Notes: a model not told the origin generated them from the letters alone. A stretch of 64,000 nucleotides of DNA from Octopus vulgaris (GCA_951406725.2 OX597821.1:58590001-58654000); one strand, 5' to 3'. Shown: positions 38,501-52,397, counted from the stretch's first letter. A program made the numbers and translations.

Positions 38501-39404
38501 GAGAGAGATTACACATACATATAGACGGATTTAAATTGAGGGAGATAGTGAGGGAAGGAAGAATGAGGGATACATTAAAAAATCCAATGTTAGTGAGGTC
38601 AGCGTTGAATCAGCATCACTGAATAAGTGGTGCCGAAACAGCTGTACCAAAATGTCTTCAGCCCTGCTTCAGTAACTTGAGTTACAGGAAAATCAAGAAT
38701 TTTTTTTTTCTTTTTTCTTAAGAATATCAAAATTGTTGTTTTATTATAGAAAGAAAAAAAAAGAAAAAAGTATAAAAGATCAAATTATCAAGACCCCCCT
38801 CCCTCCCCGACACTCACTGCAACAGCCACTCCAGTTTTAAGTTTGAAATTGTGTCAGTTTGTTTGTTTGATATTGAGCATGTTTTTTTTTTTTGCAACAA
38901 AAAAAAATTAAAACAAATAAATTAATAAAAAAAATAATAAATGTTTTTACATGAAGCAACAATGGAAATTTTAACGAGTCAAGTTCTCACATTATCATTT
39001 GTGTAACAATTAAGTTTTCACTTGAGATTTTAATTTAAATATGAAATGAGCAGTGCAGATAAACAACTTGAGACGAGAAGTTGTCTTGAGGAAGTTGTTA
39101 TCGAAACAGTTCACAACAACATTATGTCATATCTCACATGCAACATAGCTTCTAGTATTTTAGTAACATTCTGAGTTCATGTCTAACTAAGTGAAAGGCT
39201 TAGATCTAATTCTGTGGTATTAAACAGTCCAGCCTATACCTACATAGAATCCTCTTTATTTAATGTCCATTTTCCATGCTGGTATGGGTTGGATGGTTTG
39301 ATAGGAGCTGGGAAGCTTGAGAGTTGCATCAGGCTCCAGTTGGCTGTTTTGGCATGGTTTCTATGGCTGGATTCTCTTCTTAATGACAACAACATCAACA
39401 TCAT

Positions 39405-39880
39405 CATCGTTTAATGTCTGCTTTCCATGCTAGCATTGGTTGGACGATTTGACTGAGAACTGGCGAAACAGATGGCTGTATCAGGCTCCAATCTGATCTG
39501 GCAGAGTTTCTACAGCTGGATGCCCTTCCTAATGCCAACCACTCCAAGAGTGTAGTGGGTGCTTTTACATGCCACTGGCACGAGGGCAAGTTAGGCAGTA
39601 CTGGCAGCGGCCATGCTCAAATGGTGTTTTTTACATGACACCTGCACGGGAACCAGTCCAGCAGCACTGGCAACGCCCTCGCTCAAATGTTTTTTCATAT
39701 GCCACCGGCACAAGTGACAGTAAGGCAACGCTGGTAATGATCACGCTTGAATGGTGCTTTTTACATGCCACCAGCACGGAAGCCAGTTAGCCACTCTGGT
39801 AACAATCAGACTCGGATGGTGCTCTTAGTGCTCCACTAGCATGGATGCTAGTCATCGAATTTGATTTCGATTTCCACTTT
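39405..39880 (-). mobile_element. RTE-type LINE 3' UTR fragment
   Basis: Reverse complement of the 2780..3255 element. Similar minus copies at about 53095-53720, 55930-56450 and 57805-58045. Confidence 0.75.
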
Positions 39881-40526
39881 ACAAAATGTACTTGGTGAGG
39901 TACTTTTTATGTGACACCAGCACAATTGCTTTTACATGGCACCAGCACAGAACACTTTATGTGGAATCAGTACCAGTGGGGGTCACCAAGTAGCTTACAA
40001 GGCAGAGATCTCTCGGAAGGGAGATGATGAGAAACAAATAAGAGAGAGGACTTTCTCTTCACTTGGTTATGGTGCCAGACTATTATAGTCTTCCCTGATA
40101 AACAAATCAATAGTTTATAACAATTGGTTAAATTATTGAATCTCCCCCACCACTGTCCATTCTTCTGTTTCCCGTCCTCTCTCTTCCTATCTATTTCTGT
40201 TTTCCTCTCCCTTTCTCTCTCAATCTTTCTCACTCTCTTTCTCTCATTTCTAATATTTTATGAAAACATATCTGGTCACAGGGAAATATTAACATGGTTG
40301 GAAACTGGTAAGAATTGGCAATGGGAAGGGCATCCAGCCTTTGAAAATCTGCTTCAGTGAATTCAATCTGATCTACACAAGCATGGAAAAGTGGAGATTA
40401 AATGATGATGACGATATGAGAAATATGGATCAAGTTATGTTCATTCTATCTGCCACCATATTTTTATACAGAGTTTATTATCAGAAAATTGATTCTACTT
40501 TTTTTTTCTCAATTTATCTATTCCAG

Positions 40527-40635
40527 GTGTCAGTCAATGTTCCAGTATTGAACCACTGCCTTATTTCGAAACAGAGGTCTGGTGTTGGGGTAAAAACAGC
40601 AAAGGCCAACTTGGGCTTGGAGATGGTATAGAACG
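40527..40635 (+). CDS. ALS2: ALS2 coding exon (RCC1 repeat)
   Basis: TTCCAG acceptor, CG|GTAAGT donor; encodes ETEVWCWGKNSKGQLGLGD. Phases 1 and 2 fit the neighbours. Confidence 0.93.
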
Positions 40636-40800
40636 GTAAGTAAATTCATGTGTATGTATGTATGCATGTGTGCTTGCACTTTCTTGTTAATTTAGGGAAG
40701 CAATTCAAGATCCATGGCTGGCAATGCAAAGCTCTGCTAAACTGCAATGGTTGACTGAGTTTACTAGTAAACAAGGGAACTCGAACATTTTTGCTGTTAC

Positions 40801-40982
40801 TCTTTTACTTGTTTCAGTCATTTGACTGTGACCATGCTGGAGCACCGCCTTTAGTCGAGCAAATCGCCCCCAGGACTTATTCTTTGTAAGCCTAGTACTT
40901 ATTCTATCAGTCTATTTTGCCAAACCACTAAGTTACAGGGACGTAAATACACCAGCATCGGTTGTCAAACACAGACACACAA

Positions 40983-41047
<65 letters not shown>

Positions 41048-41490
41048 AGCGTGGCCGTCTGCCAGCCTCGTCTGGCACCTGTGTCGGTGGCACATAAAAA
41101 CACCATCCAGCGTGGCCGTTCGCCAGCCTCGTCTGGCACCTGTGTCGGTGGCACATAAAATCACCCACTACACTCTCGGAGTGGTTGGCGTTAGGAAGGG
41201 CATCCAGCTGTAGAAACACTGCCAGATCTGACTGGCCTGGTGCAGCCTTCGGGCTCCCCAGACCCCAGTTGAACCGTCCAACCCATGCTAGCATGGAAAA
41301 CGGACGCTAAATGATGATGATGATGATGATGATGACAGGCTTCTTTCAGTTTCCGTCTACCAAATCCACTCACAAGGCTTTGGTCGACCCGAGGCTATAG
41401 TAGAAGGCACTTGCCCAAAGTGCCACACAATAGGCCTGAACCCGGAACAATGTAGTTCGTAAGCAAGCTACTTACCACACACCCACTCCA
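40801..41490 (-). mobile_element. Family A SINE (minus) interrupted by a plus-strand RTE tail at about 41045-41335
   Basis: The SINE 3' half (40801-41044) and 5' half (41335-41490) flank a CpG-rich RTE 3' UTR inserted next to the central (TA)n. Confidence 0.8.
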
Positions 41491-41879
41491 GAACATTATT
41501 GTCTAATGACATTGAACCTCACCTTCTGATTTTATTACAATAAGCCTCTTTCAATATTACCTGCATAATATGCACTTTCTTCTCCAAAATCAAGTTTTAA
41601 ATTTGGTTACATTCAGTACATGAGAATAAGCTGCAAAATTTTCCCCACTTTCATTTATTAACAAATTGCACTATAATTTTATAAAGCTTTATTAATTTTT
41701 AGGTTATGTTTGGTATTATATATCAGTATCATCATCATCGTTTAACGACTGGGTTGGACAGTTTTGACTGGAGCTGGCAAGCAGATGACTGTGCCAAACT
41801 CTACTGTCTGGTTGAATGCCCTTCTTAATGCCAACCACTTTAAAGAGTGTACTGGGTGCATTTCACATGGCACCAGTGC

Positions 41880-42770
41880 CAGTGAGGTTGAAGCTAGCAT
41901 GATCCGCTGGATGTGTAATGTCAGTGTGCACACATGACAGCGCCCTGAGAGAAATGTTGGACATAAGAAGCATTGGATGTGGCGTGCAAGAGAGACGTTT
42001 GCATTGGTATAGACATGTACTACGGATGGATGAGGAGAGCTGTGTGAAGAAGTGCCACTCCCAAATAGTGGAAGGAATCTGGGATAAAGAGAGACCCAGG
42101 AAGATATGGGATGAGGTGGTGAAACATAACATGCGAACGTTGGGCCTCACAGAGGAAATGATGAAATACAGAGACCTCTGGAGACATGCTGTGACTGAGA
42201 AGACCCGGCAAATAAAGTGAGCTCACAGCTGTAACCTACACCAGTGTTGCATAACCAGCCAACTCAAAAAGTACCCTTGGATCATAGGGTGACATGCCAT
42301 GCTTGAGGAGATCTATTGAGTCAAGTACATCAACATCAAAATGAAATCAAATCACAATGAAATGGAAATTGTAGTTGTGGTCCCTGTGCTGGTGACATGT
42401 AAAAAGCACCATCCAAACATGGTCAATGCCAGCCCCATTGCCCTGACTGGCGTCTGTGGTGGTGGCACATAAAAAACACCATCTGAATGTGGCTGATGCC
42501 AGCACCGCCTTGACTGGCTCCCATGCTGGTGGCATGTAAAAAGCACCCTCCGATCATGGTCAATGCCAGCCCCCTCAGGCCCCTGTGCCAGTAGTACGTA
42601 AAAAGCACCCACTACACTCTCGAAGTGGTTGGCGTTAGGAAGGGCATCCAGCTGTAGAAACATTGCCATATCAGACTGGTGCCTGGTGCAGCCTCCTGGC
42701 TTTCCAGATCCCAGTTGAACTGTCCAACCTATGCCAGCATGGAAAACAGACGTTAAATGATGATGAAATG
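41880..42770 (+). mobile_element. 5'-truncated RTE-clade LINE (ORF C-terminus plus 3' UTR)
   Basis: LREMLDIRSIGCGVQERRLHWYRHVLRMDEESCVKKC...EGIWDKERPRKIWDEVV is the RTE C-terminal signature; followed by a repeat-bearing 3' UTR and (GAT)n tail. Confidence 0.85.
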
Positions 42771-45210
42771 ATTAGAGTAGATTATGTACTTTTGGACTAT
42801 AGTAGACAATTCTTGTAGCTATTGTGCAACACTCTGTGTTATGGATAGTGTCTTAGACTTTTAAGACAGTTTAGATCCAACAATCAAGATGTGTGTAACA
42901 CATAGTAACATGGACTTTTATGGTGACTGTGGTTTTTGATCCAGCTCAGCTATAATCTATGGTAATCCAGACCATCCTCTCTTTTATTCAGACATACTGT
43001 ATCCGATGGCAATTAAGCTGTATCAGCCCCTTTGCCTTTCCCTTGGATAACATCGGTGGCATGGAGAGGGGTAGCTGCTATGCATGGATGACTGCTGGTC
43101 TTCTATAAACAGACTTGTGCCTCAGAGGGTAACTTTCTAGGTGCATCCCATTGTTATTCATAACCAAAGGGAGTCTTTACCTCTTTACTGTATTTGATGG
43201 TATAAAAGATGCTCGAGTGTGTTGGATGCACCCCAATTTCAGCAGTATATATTCAGGAAAAACAAAAAGTGTTTAGTTTATTTTAGTATGTAATTTAGGC
43301 CCATCTTTGTATATCGGATTAGGACTGATTTTTTTTCAAGACATTTTTGGAGGAAAAAGTATGTCTTATGTACCATCATGTATGGCAATTTACAGAGGAC
43401 TACATTATCTAATGTGTGTTTCCATTTTAAAGCCAGTTGGGTGTGATTTGAAGGGGATTTGGTTACTATTTATAGCATGTCAAGTGATTTGGTAGGGGCT
43501 TGGGCTCCCTTGTTGGCTACCAAATTATAGTTTAATTAAAGTTTGCTCAAGTTTGAGAACAAGCTGCAATGCAGACTAAATTCATTATCTTAAGTAGTTT
43601 GAAATTAACATAGAAGTATCATAAATTTTATTTTCATCTTACTGTCATCAAAACTGGAACCAACTGAATCAACCATGTAGATGGAACCAGTAAAGAAGAG
43701 CCTCTATACAAACAAATGAAAAAAAATCTTTGGAAGTCAATGAGACACGCTTCTGCATATTTGTCTGACCTGCAAGAAATCGCAGCTAAATCTGCCTTAA
43801 ATCATATCCTACTGTTGAAGAAAAGAAACTGAGACAAAACACATCAGGTGATATAGTTGTTGTAAACACAATGTCTAGAAACACAATATAGTTATAGAAA
43901 AATGCTGTCTGAAAAAATGATGGGATAGTCACAGCTGGGATATCTTTGATTAGGGTTGACCTGGAACTAAACAAAAGTGACAACAACAGCAACAACAACA
44001 GTTTTATAACTTCCTCTTTTGTGTCTTTGCTTAGTGACTGGGATTCCTCTCTAAAAACAGCTTTTTAGTGAAAATTATGAAATAGTCAGTTTTTTTTTTT
44101 TATTAAGTGTTATTAAAATGGCTTACCTTGTCTATAAATACATGTAAAAAAAAAAAGCTGGGTGTATATTTCTTTTTTTTTTTTCTTTTCACAATTGTCA
44201 TTGAAATAATTCCTTTTTCCACCCATATTTATTTTTCAACCAACAAGTCCTACAACAATGTGAAACATTAATTTCATTTGTTTCTCACAGTCATTTGCAG
44301 TCTCCTCCCTCCTCAACCCCCACCCCCACCCAATAGAGGAGAATATGAAAGTGTGATAGTCACTTATCCATCTCTTTAATTATAAAACAAAACAAAAGAC
44401 AACAAATTTTCCTTTTATTGCAGTCATAGGTGCAGCTACGGCTGTGCGGTTATGAAGCTTGAATTGCAACCATATGGTTTCAGGTTCAGTCCCACTGCAC
44501 TGCACCTTAGGCAAGTTTCTTCTACTATAGCTGCTGATTGACCAATGTTTTCTGAGTGAATTTAGTATACTCTCTCTTTACTCTCTCTCTTTTACTTGTT
44601 TCAGTCATTTGACTGTGGCCATGCTGGAGCACCACCTTTTCAGTTGAGGGGTCTTGTCTTATGAGTTACTTAGTAACCTGACTAGTGTTGGTGCTGTGTA
44701 AAAGGCATCTAGTACATACTGTAAAGTGGTTGGTGTTGGGAAGGGTATCCAGCCATAGAAACCAAAGATGTTTCTTCCTGACCAATATCTCCAATGTAAA
44801 CTAATTTCCATAGCGGGAACCATTGAAAAGGGGGAGAAAGAGAGACACTATCAACATTGATGTGGTTAGTTATTTTTCACAAGTATTTCAGAATTGCTTC
44901 TTCAGAAAATTTCAAGAAAATATTTTTATTGTTGTTGTGTAGTTCTAAATCAGCCGTAGCCATTCCATATTTTGTTTCTAGGTGTAGTGTATTGATGGCT
45001 AGATTTTTCAACATGCCCTTTCATTCTTTGTCATTTCTTCAGTGAGAGGTTTCTGGATTTGGGCTGCTATTTCTAACACTTTAAGCAGTCATGTAGAAGC
45101 TTCCTCAATAGCTTGTAACAAATATGTATTTCGAGAAAGTTTTTTTTTAAATGTTTCCTACAAAAAAAAAAAGAAAGAATTTATATCATTCATATATTTT
45201 GATTCCTTAG

Positions 45211-45307
45211 TGACAGACCACGCTGTGTCAAGACATTGAATTCTAAAAACTGCACCAAAGTGGTTGCTGGTTCTCAACACTCCTTGGCACTCACAGCCTA
45301 TTCACAG
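45211..45307 (+). CDS. ALS2: ALS2 coding exon (RCC1 repeat)
   Basis: CCTTAG acceptor, CAG|GTAATA donor; encodes DRPRCVKTLNSKNCTKVVAGSQHSLALTAYSQ. Confidence 0.93.
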
Positions 45308-45518
45308 GTAATATGCTTCTATTTATCATCATCATCATCATTATTATTACTGTTATCTGGCAGTTTGTCTTTATGTTCTGAGTTCAAATTCCGCCAAGGT
45401 CGACTTTGGCTTTTGTCCTTTCGGGATTAATGAAATAAGTACCAGTTGAACACTGGGGTTGATGTATTGACTAGTCACCCTCTCCCAAATTTCAGGCCTT
45501 GTGCCTATAGTAAAAAGG

Positions 45519-45556
<38 letters not shown>

Positions 45557-45557
45557 C

Positions 45558-45595
<38 letters not shown>

Positions 45596-47984
45596 TGTAA
45601 AGGTGCTGAGCTGGCAGAATCATTAGCACGCCAGGCAAAATGCTTAGTGGCATTTTGTCCTTTACGTTCTGAGTTCAAATTCTGCCAAGGTTGACTTTGC
45701 CTTTTATCCTTTCAGGGTCGATAAAATAAGTACCAGTTGAACACTGGAGTTAATGTAATCAACATAACCCCTCCCCTAAAATTGCTGGCCTTGTGCCAAA
45801 ATTTAAAGTGATTATTATTATTCATATACTCACAACAGATTAGACTTTTGGGAAAGAAAATTTCCTAACATCAGACTACAACAAGTAACCTTAGATACCA
45901 AGAACCCTCCTAAGTATCTTAGCTGTCCCTAATAACACTGTTTTCTAGAGCTGTATTAAACTGGGTTTTATGCCTGTTTCCTCTATAATTATTATTACCT
46001 CCACCTTAGCGAAGGCATAGGTATTGTTTTCAGTCATGTTTGTTTGTCAGTGGACAAGATATCTCAAGAACCACTGGATGGATTCGGATGAAACTTTCAG
46101 GGATTTTTGACCTTGTGACTGGTACAAACTAATTAGACTTTGGGATCGATCCGGTACCAGACAAGGATTCTGGATTATTTGTTATATTTACTTTACGTGA
46201 TTACTATCTTATCTTAACTTTCAAGTCTTTTTCAGTTATCTCTCTTTAGGCTGTAACTATTTTGAATGGTGAATTTGTTAACTTTGGCTTGTATTAGATA
46301 AGGATAAATTTTCTACGGCCACCTTAACATGCCATGACTATCATTGGGATCGCTCAGGTACCAGATGAGGATTATAGATTATTTTTCCTGTTTCCTTACT
46401 TAATTTTTGAGAGCGGTCTGGTTCATTTTTAGTATTCTCATTTGTGAGAGTAGTCAAGTTTATTTCAGATATTCTCATTTTAAAAATCAACTCTGCCTAA
46501 TCATTGAGAGAATGTTGGTGTTGCCTTGGCAGAAATTTGCACTGTCTGAGTGGTCGTTGTCGTCGTCGTCTTCTTCTTCTTCTTCTTTTTCTTCTTCTTT
46601 CTTCTTCTTATCATTATTATTATTATTATTATTATTATTTTGAATATTCTGATAACTTGTAAATGTCTCACACCAGAGAGTTTTACTGCTGTTAGGACCT
46701 AATCTCTCAGCTTTATCTTTTAGATATGTTTTGTTCATCTAAGTTATCAAAGCTTTTATAAAGTATAATTTATTATTATTGTTGTTGTTGTTTTATTTGT
46801 AAATACAGGATTTAACTTGATATGTCACATACACATTAGTTTTTTATTTTTCAACCAAACTTATAATTGCACAATATTTAAAATAATTTATTTAGATAAC
46901 GATTTTCACCATTCACTGAATTTCCCTCTATCCGTCTCACACTCTTATGAACTTACCAACGCATACCACTTCTCTTTAGTATACCTTCTTGTAATTTTAG
47001 GTACACCCTGACATAGCTTCTCCACCTCCTCCTTTTTTCCAACTAGCATAATCATGTATCTTTACTTAAAGCCAGACACCTGTCCCCCACCACCACCACC
47101 ACTGTCATATGAACCTCTTATCACTTGGCATAAAGCCTCATCCTTCAATACTACTCCCCTCTTTTTCAGTTGAGGGGCTCTTGTTTTATGAGTTACTTGA
47201 TGACCTGTTTGGTGCTGGTTCCATGTAAAAAGCACCCAGTACACACTGTAATGTGGTTGGTGTTGGGAAGGGCATCCAGCTACAGAAACCAAAGCAGACG
47301 TTGGAGCTTGATGCAGTCCTTTGGCTTGCCAGCTCCTGTTGAACAGTCCAACCCATGCCAACATGGAAAATGGACATTAATTGGAATTGATGATGATGAT
47401 TGTATACATTTCAATAATGTGTTTATCATCATCTAATGTCTGTTTTCCTTGCTGGCACTGGTCGGATGGTTTGACAGGAGCTGGCAAGCCAGGAACTGCA
47501 CCAGACTCCATTCATCTATTTTGGCATAGTTTCTATGTCTTGACGCCCTTCCTAATGCCAACCACTTTACAGAGTGTACTGGGTGTTTTTTTTTATATGG
47601 CACCAGCATGGTGAAATCATGGCTATGTTTATTATATAAACACCTAAAAAATCCATTCCTGAAGCATATGTACAATGGTTATTTAAATAAATTCTTTTAA
47701 ACATTATATCATATTATTCTAAGGATTTTTTAAAACTAATTAGCTTGTAAATAAAAATTTTCTTTTCATAATCCATATCATTTCCATATTGAGTTTTTAA
47801 TTTACAGTTAATTACTTGTGTCTTAAAACAATTTGAAACATTTTTTTCATCAAAAATTACACACATACACACACACACACACATACACACACACACACAC
47901 ACACACATACATATATAACGTGTCTGTTTCTGCACACATGTGGAAACACACAGTGTAGGTCTTAACTATATAGCCATACACATT

Positions 47985-48238
47985 TTATTACGGAGATGTA
48001 CTTGCATAGCAAGTGACCTGATCTGAGATCGTATGCTGAAACAAAAACAATTACAGCATGGAAAGTGTTTATAAGCCATTTAAAAACACACAAAACCCAT
48101 TAGATTCACTTCAACATTTAAATTTAATTTGCCAAAATATTTTCGTCGCTTTGAGACTGCGACCTGGTCACTGACAAAATTCCATGCTGCATCCGTGTGT
48201 GTTTTTGTGTGTTTTTAAATGGCTTATAAACACCTTCC
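47985..48238 (-). mobile_element. Probable Penelope-like pseudo-LTR remnant with inverted ends
   Basis: 36 bp inverted repeat (48060-48095 vs 48203-48238, one mismatch) encloses a minimal hammerhead-like fold on the minus strand. Confidence 0.55.
48128..48178 (-). ncRNA. Minimal type I hammerhead ribozyme-like motif, G3:C8 core variant
   Basis: Minus strand reads TTTGTCA-GTGACCA-G-GTCGC-AGTCTCAAA-GCGAC-GAAA-ATAT-T-T-TGGCAAA: stem I (one G-U), core, stem II, GAAA and a palindromic stem III. Confidence 0.6.
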
Positions 48239-48305
48239 AATTTTTTCATATACATTTTATAAATCTTAAAACTTATGTTGTAAAATAATGCCCATTTCAT
48301 TGTAG

Positions 48306-48380
48306 GTTTTCTCATGGGGTTTCAATGCTTATGGACAATTAGGGCACACTGAATCTTCAAGTGTTCCATCTCCAGTTAAA
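48306..48380 (+). CDS. ALS2: ALS2 coding exon (RCC1 repeat)
   Basis: TTGTAG acceptor, AAA|GTGAGT donor; encodes VFSWGFNAYGQLGHTESSSVPSPVK (75 nt, phase 0-0). Confidence 0.93.
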
Positions 48381-49050
48381 GTGAGTTGCTTTTTTTTGCC
48401 TTCCTCTTATTTTTATTTGTTTTTTGTGTGTGTGATAGCAATTTACTTGACCTTAGCTTCATTACAGCAATAAAAAGATAACTGGCCAGCTATTTAAATA
48501 TGGGTTAGTTTGAGATGATTGGACTTGACTACTTGAATGCTGAAGTTTTTATATGGCTGACTGGACATTCAGCTTGTTTTAGCAACAATATGTTTTGGTG
48601 TTGGAAGCAAACAGAGAGAGAGATAAAAAAAACTATACATTTACAGAAAGAGAGATTACACGTACAACACATCACCCATGACTTTTGGAAACATTTTATT
48701 CATACTCAGAATTCTTGAAGTATGGAATAAACTACCCACATCAGTTGTTAGCTGTTGGGATGCTACATCCTTACAACTTCCATGCTTCTTGAAATTTGCT
48801 AACAATATGACGACTCATTCACTATTCTGTTCTTTTCCACTCTAGGCACAAGGCCCAAAATTTTGGGGGAAGGGGCCAGTCGATTAGATCAACCCCAGTA
48901 CGCAACTGGTACTGAATTTCTTGACCCCAAAAGGATGAAAGGCAAAGTCGTCCTTGGTGGAATTTGAAGTCAGAACGTAAAGACAGACGAAATACCGCTA
49001 AGCATTTCATCCAGCGTGCTAATATTTCTGCCAGCTCGCCATCATATTCA

Positions 49051-49088
<38 letters not shown>

Positions 49089-49645
49089 CACTCCTGTGCA
49101 GAATCATTAGCAAGAGCTGGCAGAATCGTTAGCAAACGTGGTGAACTGGCAGATTCGTTGGCATGTCAGGTGAAATGTTTAGCGGTATTTCATCTGGTGT
49201 TACATTCTGAGTTCAAATTCTGCCGAGGTTGACTTTGGCTTTCATCCTTTCGGGGTTGATTGAATAAGTACGGGTTACACACTGGAGTTGATGTAATCAA
49301 CTTAACCCCTTTGTCTGACCTTATTTGACCCCTCTGTGTTTAGCCCATTGTGGGCAGTAAAGAAATAAATTATTCTATGCACTGTTCATGCACTTTTGGC
49401 TACTTTTTCTGATGAACTGTAGAGCACCTGATCACTGTATACAATACATTTATTGTGTATATTATAACTAGATGCTCACTCACATAAAGAGAGAGAGAGA
49501 GAGAGAGAAACCGTAAAATATCTGGTGTCAAATAACTCAACATGGAATCGGTGATGTTAAATAAGCAGTTCCAAACGACTGTGCCAAAGCCTCTTGTACC
49601 TTTATATAGGTGACAGTATTCTCTCTTACTTTCTCCTCCTTACAT

Positions 49646-49682
<37 letters not shown>

Positions 49683-50205
49683 CACACCTTCACTCACAAT
49701 CACACACACACACAGGTATTATATGTCTTTTTGCTGTGGGTCTGTCAGCCTCAGTCTCTTTTTTATTTTATTTTACTTTACTTTTGTCCTGTTCACAGTG
49801 ATTTTCTTTGTTAAACAATCTGTGTGAAAGTGCACGGCTTAGTGGTTAAGGTATTTGGCTCAAGATCATAAGGTCTTGAGTTCAATACCCTGTAGCACGT
49901 TGTGTCCTTGGGCAAGACATTTTATTTCACACTGCTCCAGTCCACTGAACAAGCAAAAATGAGTAGTATCTGTAATTCAAAGGGTCAGCCTTGTCACATT
50001 CTGTGTCACTGAATCTCCTTGAGAACTACAATAAGGGCACATGTGTCTGTGGAATACTCAGCCATGTGCATGTTAATTTCACGAGCAGGCTGTTTGGTTG
50101 ATCATATCAACTAGAATGCTTGTCGTAATCAATGGAGCACCAGTTTAAACACTCTGTACTGATCTTGTATTGAATAATAATAAGTTTTACATTTTACTTA
50201 TTCAG

Positions 50206-50318
50206 TTTGTTGCCAACTGCTTGGTATGGGACATTGCTGCTGGAGACAACCATTCTTTATTCCTAACTGATTCCGGAGGTTTTCATCCTGACGTCTACTA
50301 TTCTGGGAAACAACCCAG
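50206..50318 (+). CDS. ALS2: ALS2 coding exon (RCC1 repeat)
   Basis: ATTCAG acceptor, AG|GTAAAT donor; encodes FVANCLVWDIAAGDNHSLFLTDSGGFHPDVYYSGKQP. Confidence 0.93.
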
Positions 50319-50864
50319 GTAAATTTGAATAGATATTTATTAAATACTAATAAATTATGTTTTATCTGAATCATTATTATTTTCTGCAAGGCAGAGGCCT
50401 GGCTGTGTGGTTAAGAAGCTTGCTCGCTAATCACATGGACTCAGGTTCAGTTGCATTGCATCGTACCTTGCGCAAGTGTCTGCTACTACATAATCTTGGG
50501 CCAACCAATACTTTGTAAGTGAATTTGGTAGATGGAAACCGTGTGGAAGCCTCTGTGTGTGTGCACAGTAGTCCTCCCCACCAGTTGACAACAGCTGTTC
50601 ATTTGTTTATATTCCTGTAACTTAGCAGTTTAGCAAACAAGATTGATAAAATACATACCAAACTTTAAAAACTAAATACTGTGGGTAGTTTGACTAAAAA
50701 CCCTTCAAGGTGGTGCTCCAGCATGGCCACTATTGAATAGCTGAAACAAATAAAAGATAAATATGAAAGGTTCTTTCTACCATTTCCAGCTTCTGTAATG
50801 TACTAAAAGAGACTAGGAAAAAGAAAAATTCAAAAATACTAAATAACTTCATATATTCTTTCTT

Positions 50865-51670
50865 GAAAGAAATGAAGCTGATATGCTTTGCTGGATGTGC
50901 AATGTCAGTGTGCATGTTCGACAGAGTGCAAGCGTCTTGAGAGAAAAGTTAGGCATAAGAAGCATCAGATGTGGTGTGCAAGAGAAACGACTGTGCTGGT
51001 ATGGTATTGTCATGTGATGCACATGGACGAGGACAGCTGTGTAAAGAAGTGCTGATCTCTAACTGTGGAGGGAACCTGTGGTAGAGGTAGACCCAGAAAG
51101 ACATGGAACAAGGTGGTGAAGCTTGATCTTCGAACTTTGAGCCTCACAGAGGCAATGACTAGTGAGCAAGACCTTTGGCAATGTGCTCTACTTGAGAGGA
51201 CCCATCAAGCCAAGTGCACCCGTGGTGGTAGCATGTTAGCAACACCTTTTGAGTAGTGGGCATCAGGGAAGCAAAGTGACTGAATTCCTTTCGATTGTTG
51301 AGCCTCACAGAGACAAAGAGGCTGAGTTCCCTTTGAGTGTTGGGCTTCACAAATGCAATGACCAAGACATTATGTCATGCTTGAGAAGACCCATCAAGCT
51401 GAGCAAAATCACAGTTGTGAAAGATATCAGTGTCGCACAAATTAACACATAAAAGCACCCTGGTGTCACACAGATAGCACCTGTGCCAGTGGCATGTAAA
51501 GGCACCCATTACTCTTTTGGAGTGATTGGCATTAGGAAGGGCATCCAGCCATAGAAAACTGTGCCAAATCAGACAGGAATCTGGTACAGTCTTCCAGCAT
51601 GCCAGCCCGGTCAAACCGTCCAACCCATGCCAGCATGGACAACGGATATTAAATGATGATGATGATGATA
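50865..51670 (+). mobile_element. Degraded RTE-clade LINE 3' end
   Basis: Encodes LREKLGIRSIRCGVQEKRL and VEGTCGRGRPRKTWNKVVKLDLRTLSL; homologous to 41880..42770. Confidence 0.8.
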
Positions 51671-51807
51671 GTGATATTTACTTATAAAAGGAACAAGTGT
51701 TTTGAAAGCCAAAATGGCAGAATTCATAATGATATTTCTTTGATTTTTTAAAAATAAATGTTTGAAGAAATCAGGGTCTCATTAATATAACATTGTCGTC
51801 TTTTCAG

Positions 51808-51871
51808 TGAGAATCAATTCAGTTCTGTGACAAAGACCGGCAAGCCAATGGTTCTAAACACTCTGAGAAAG
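51808..51871 (+). CDS. ALS2: ALS2 coding exon
   Basis: TTTTCAG acceptor, AAG|GTAAGA donor; encodes SENQFSSVTKTGKPMVLNTLRK. Phase 2-0 links both neighbours. Confidence 0.88.
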
Positions 51872-52059
51872 GTAAGAAACAGAATTCTATAAGTGTCAAG
51901 AATCTATAAAGCTGTTATCACTCACCTGATATAATTTCACCATCTCTGAGCTAAACAACTATTTTATGTTGCATTAAGAATATTATTTTAATGCATTTAA
52001 ATTATGTAAATTTCACATTTAAACTTGTTTATTTATTTATGTATTCTTTTTTACCTTAG

Positions 52060-52231
52060 ACTGGTTGGATCCGCTCTTTACAAGCTGGTGGAATTTCTTG
52101 TGGTTGTTTAGTTGGTAAGAGCTCATCAGGCCAAACAGCTACAGCTTTTGAACTTGCTCTTTCTGAAAGAAACTTCTATTCTAAACTAAACAAAATTGCA
52201 ACAAAATTTCTTTCTCCCTTGAAAACATCAA
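52060..52231 (+). CDS. ALS2: ALS2 coding exon (end of RCC1-like domain, start of DH domain)
   Basis: CCTTAG acceptor, A|GTAAGT donor; encodes TGWIRSLQAGG...AFELALSERNFYSKLNKI, the DH first helix. Confidence 0.93.
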
Positions 52232-52397
52232 GTAAGTACCACAACTTAAATGTTTTCTCTCATACCATATATCTGATTTGTTTCTGAAACGAATCGTTAT
52301 TTCATTGTATATCTAAATGCCAGAAATAGCTTGCTTTTCCCTTCAACCATTCTGTTTTTATTCTTATTCTCTGTTCTGTATTTTATTTATTTTTCAG

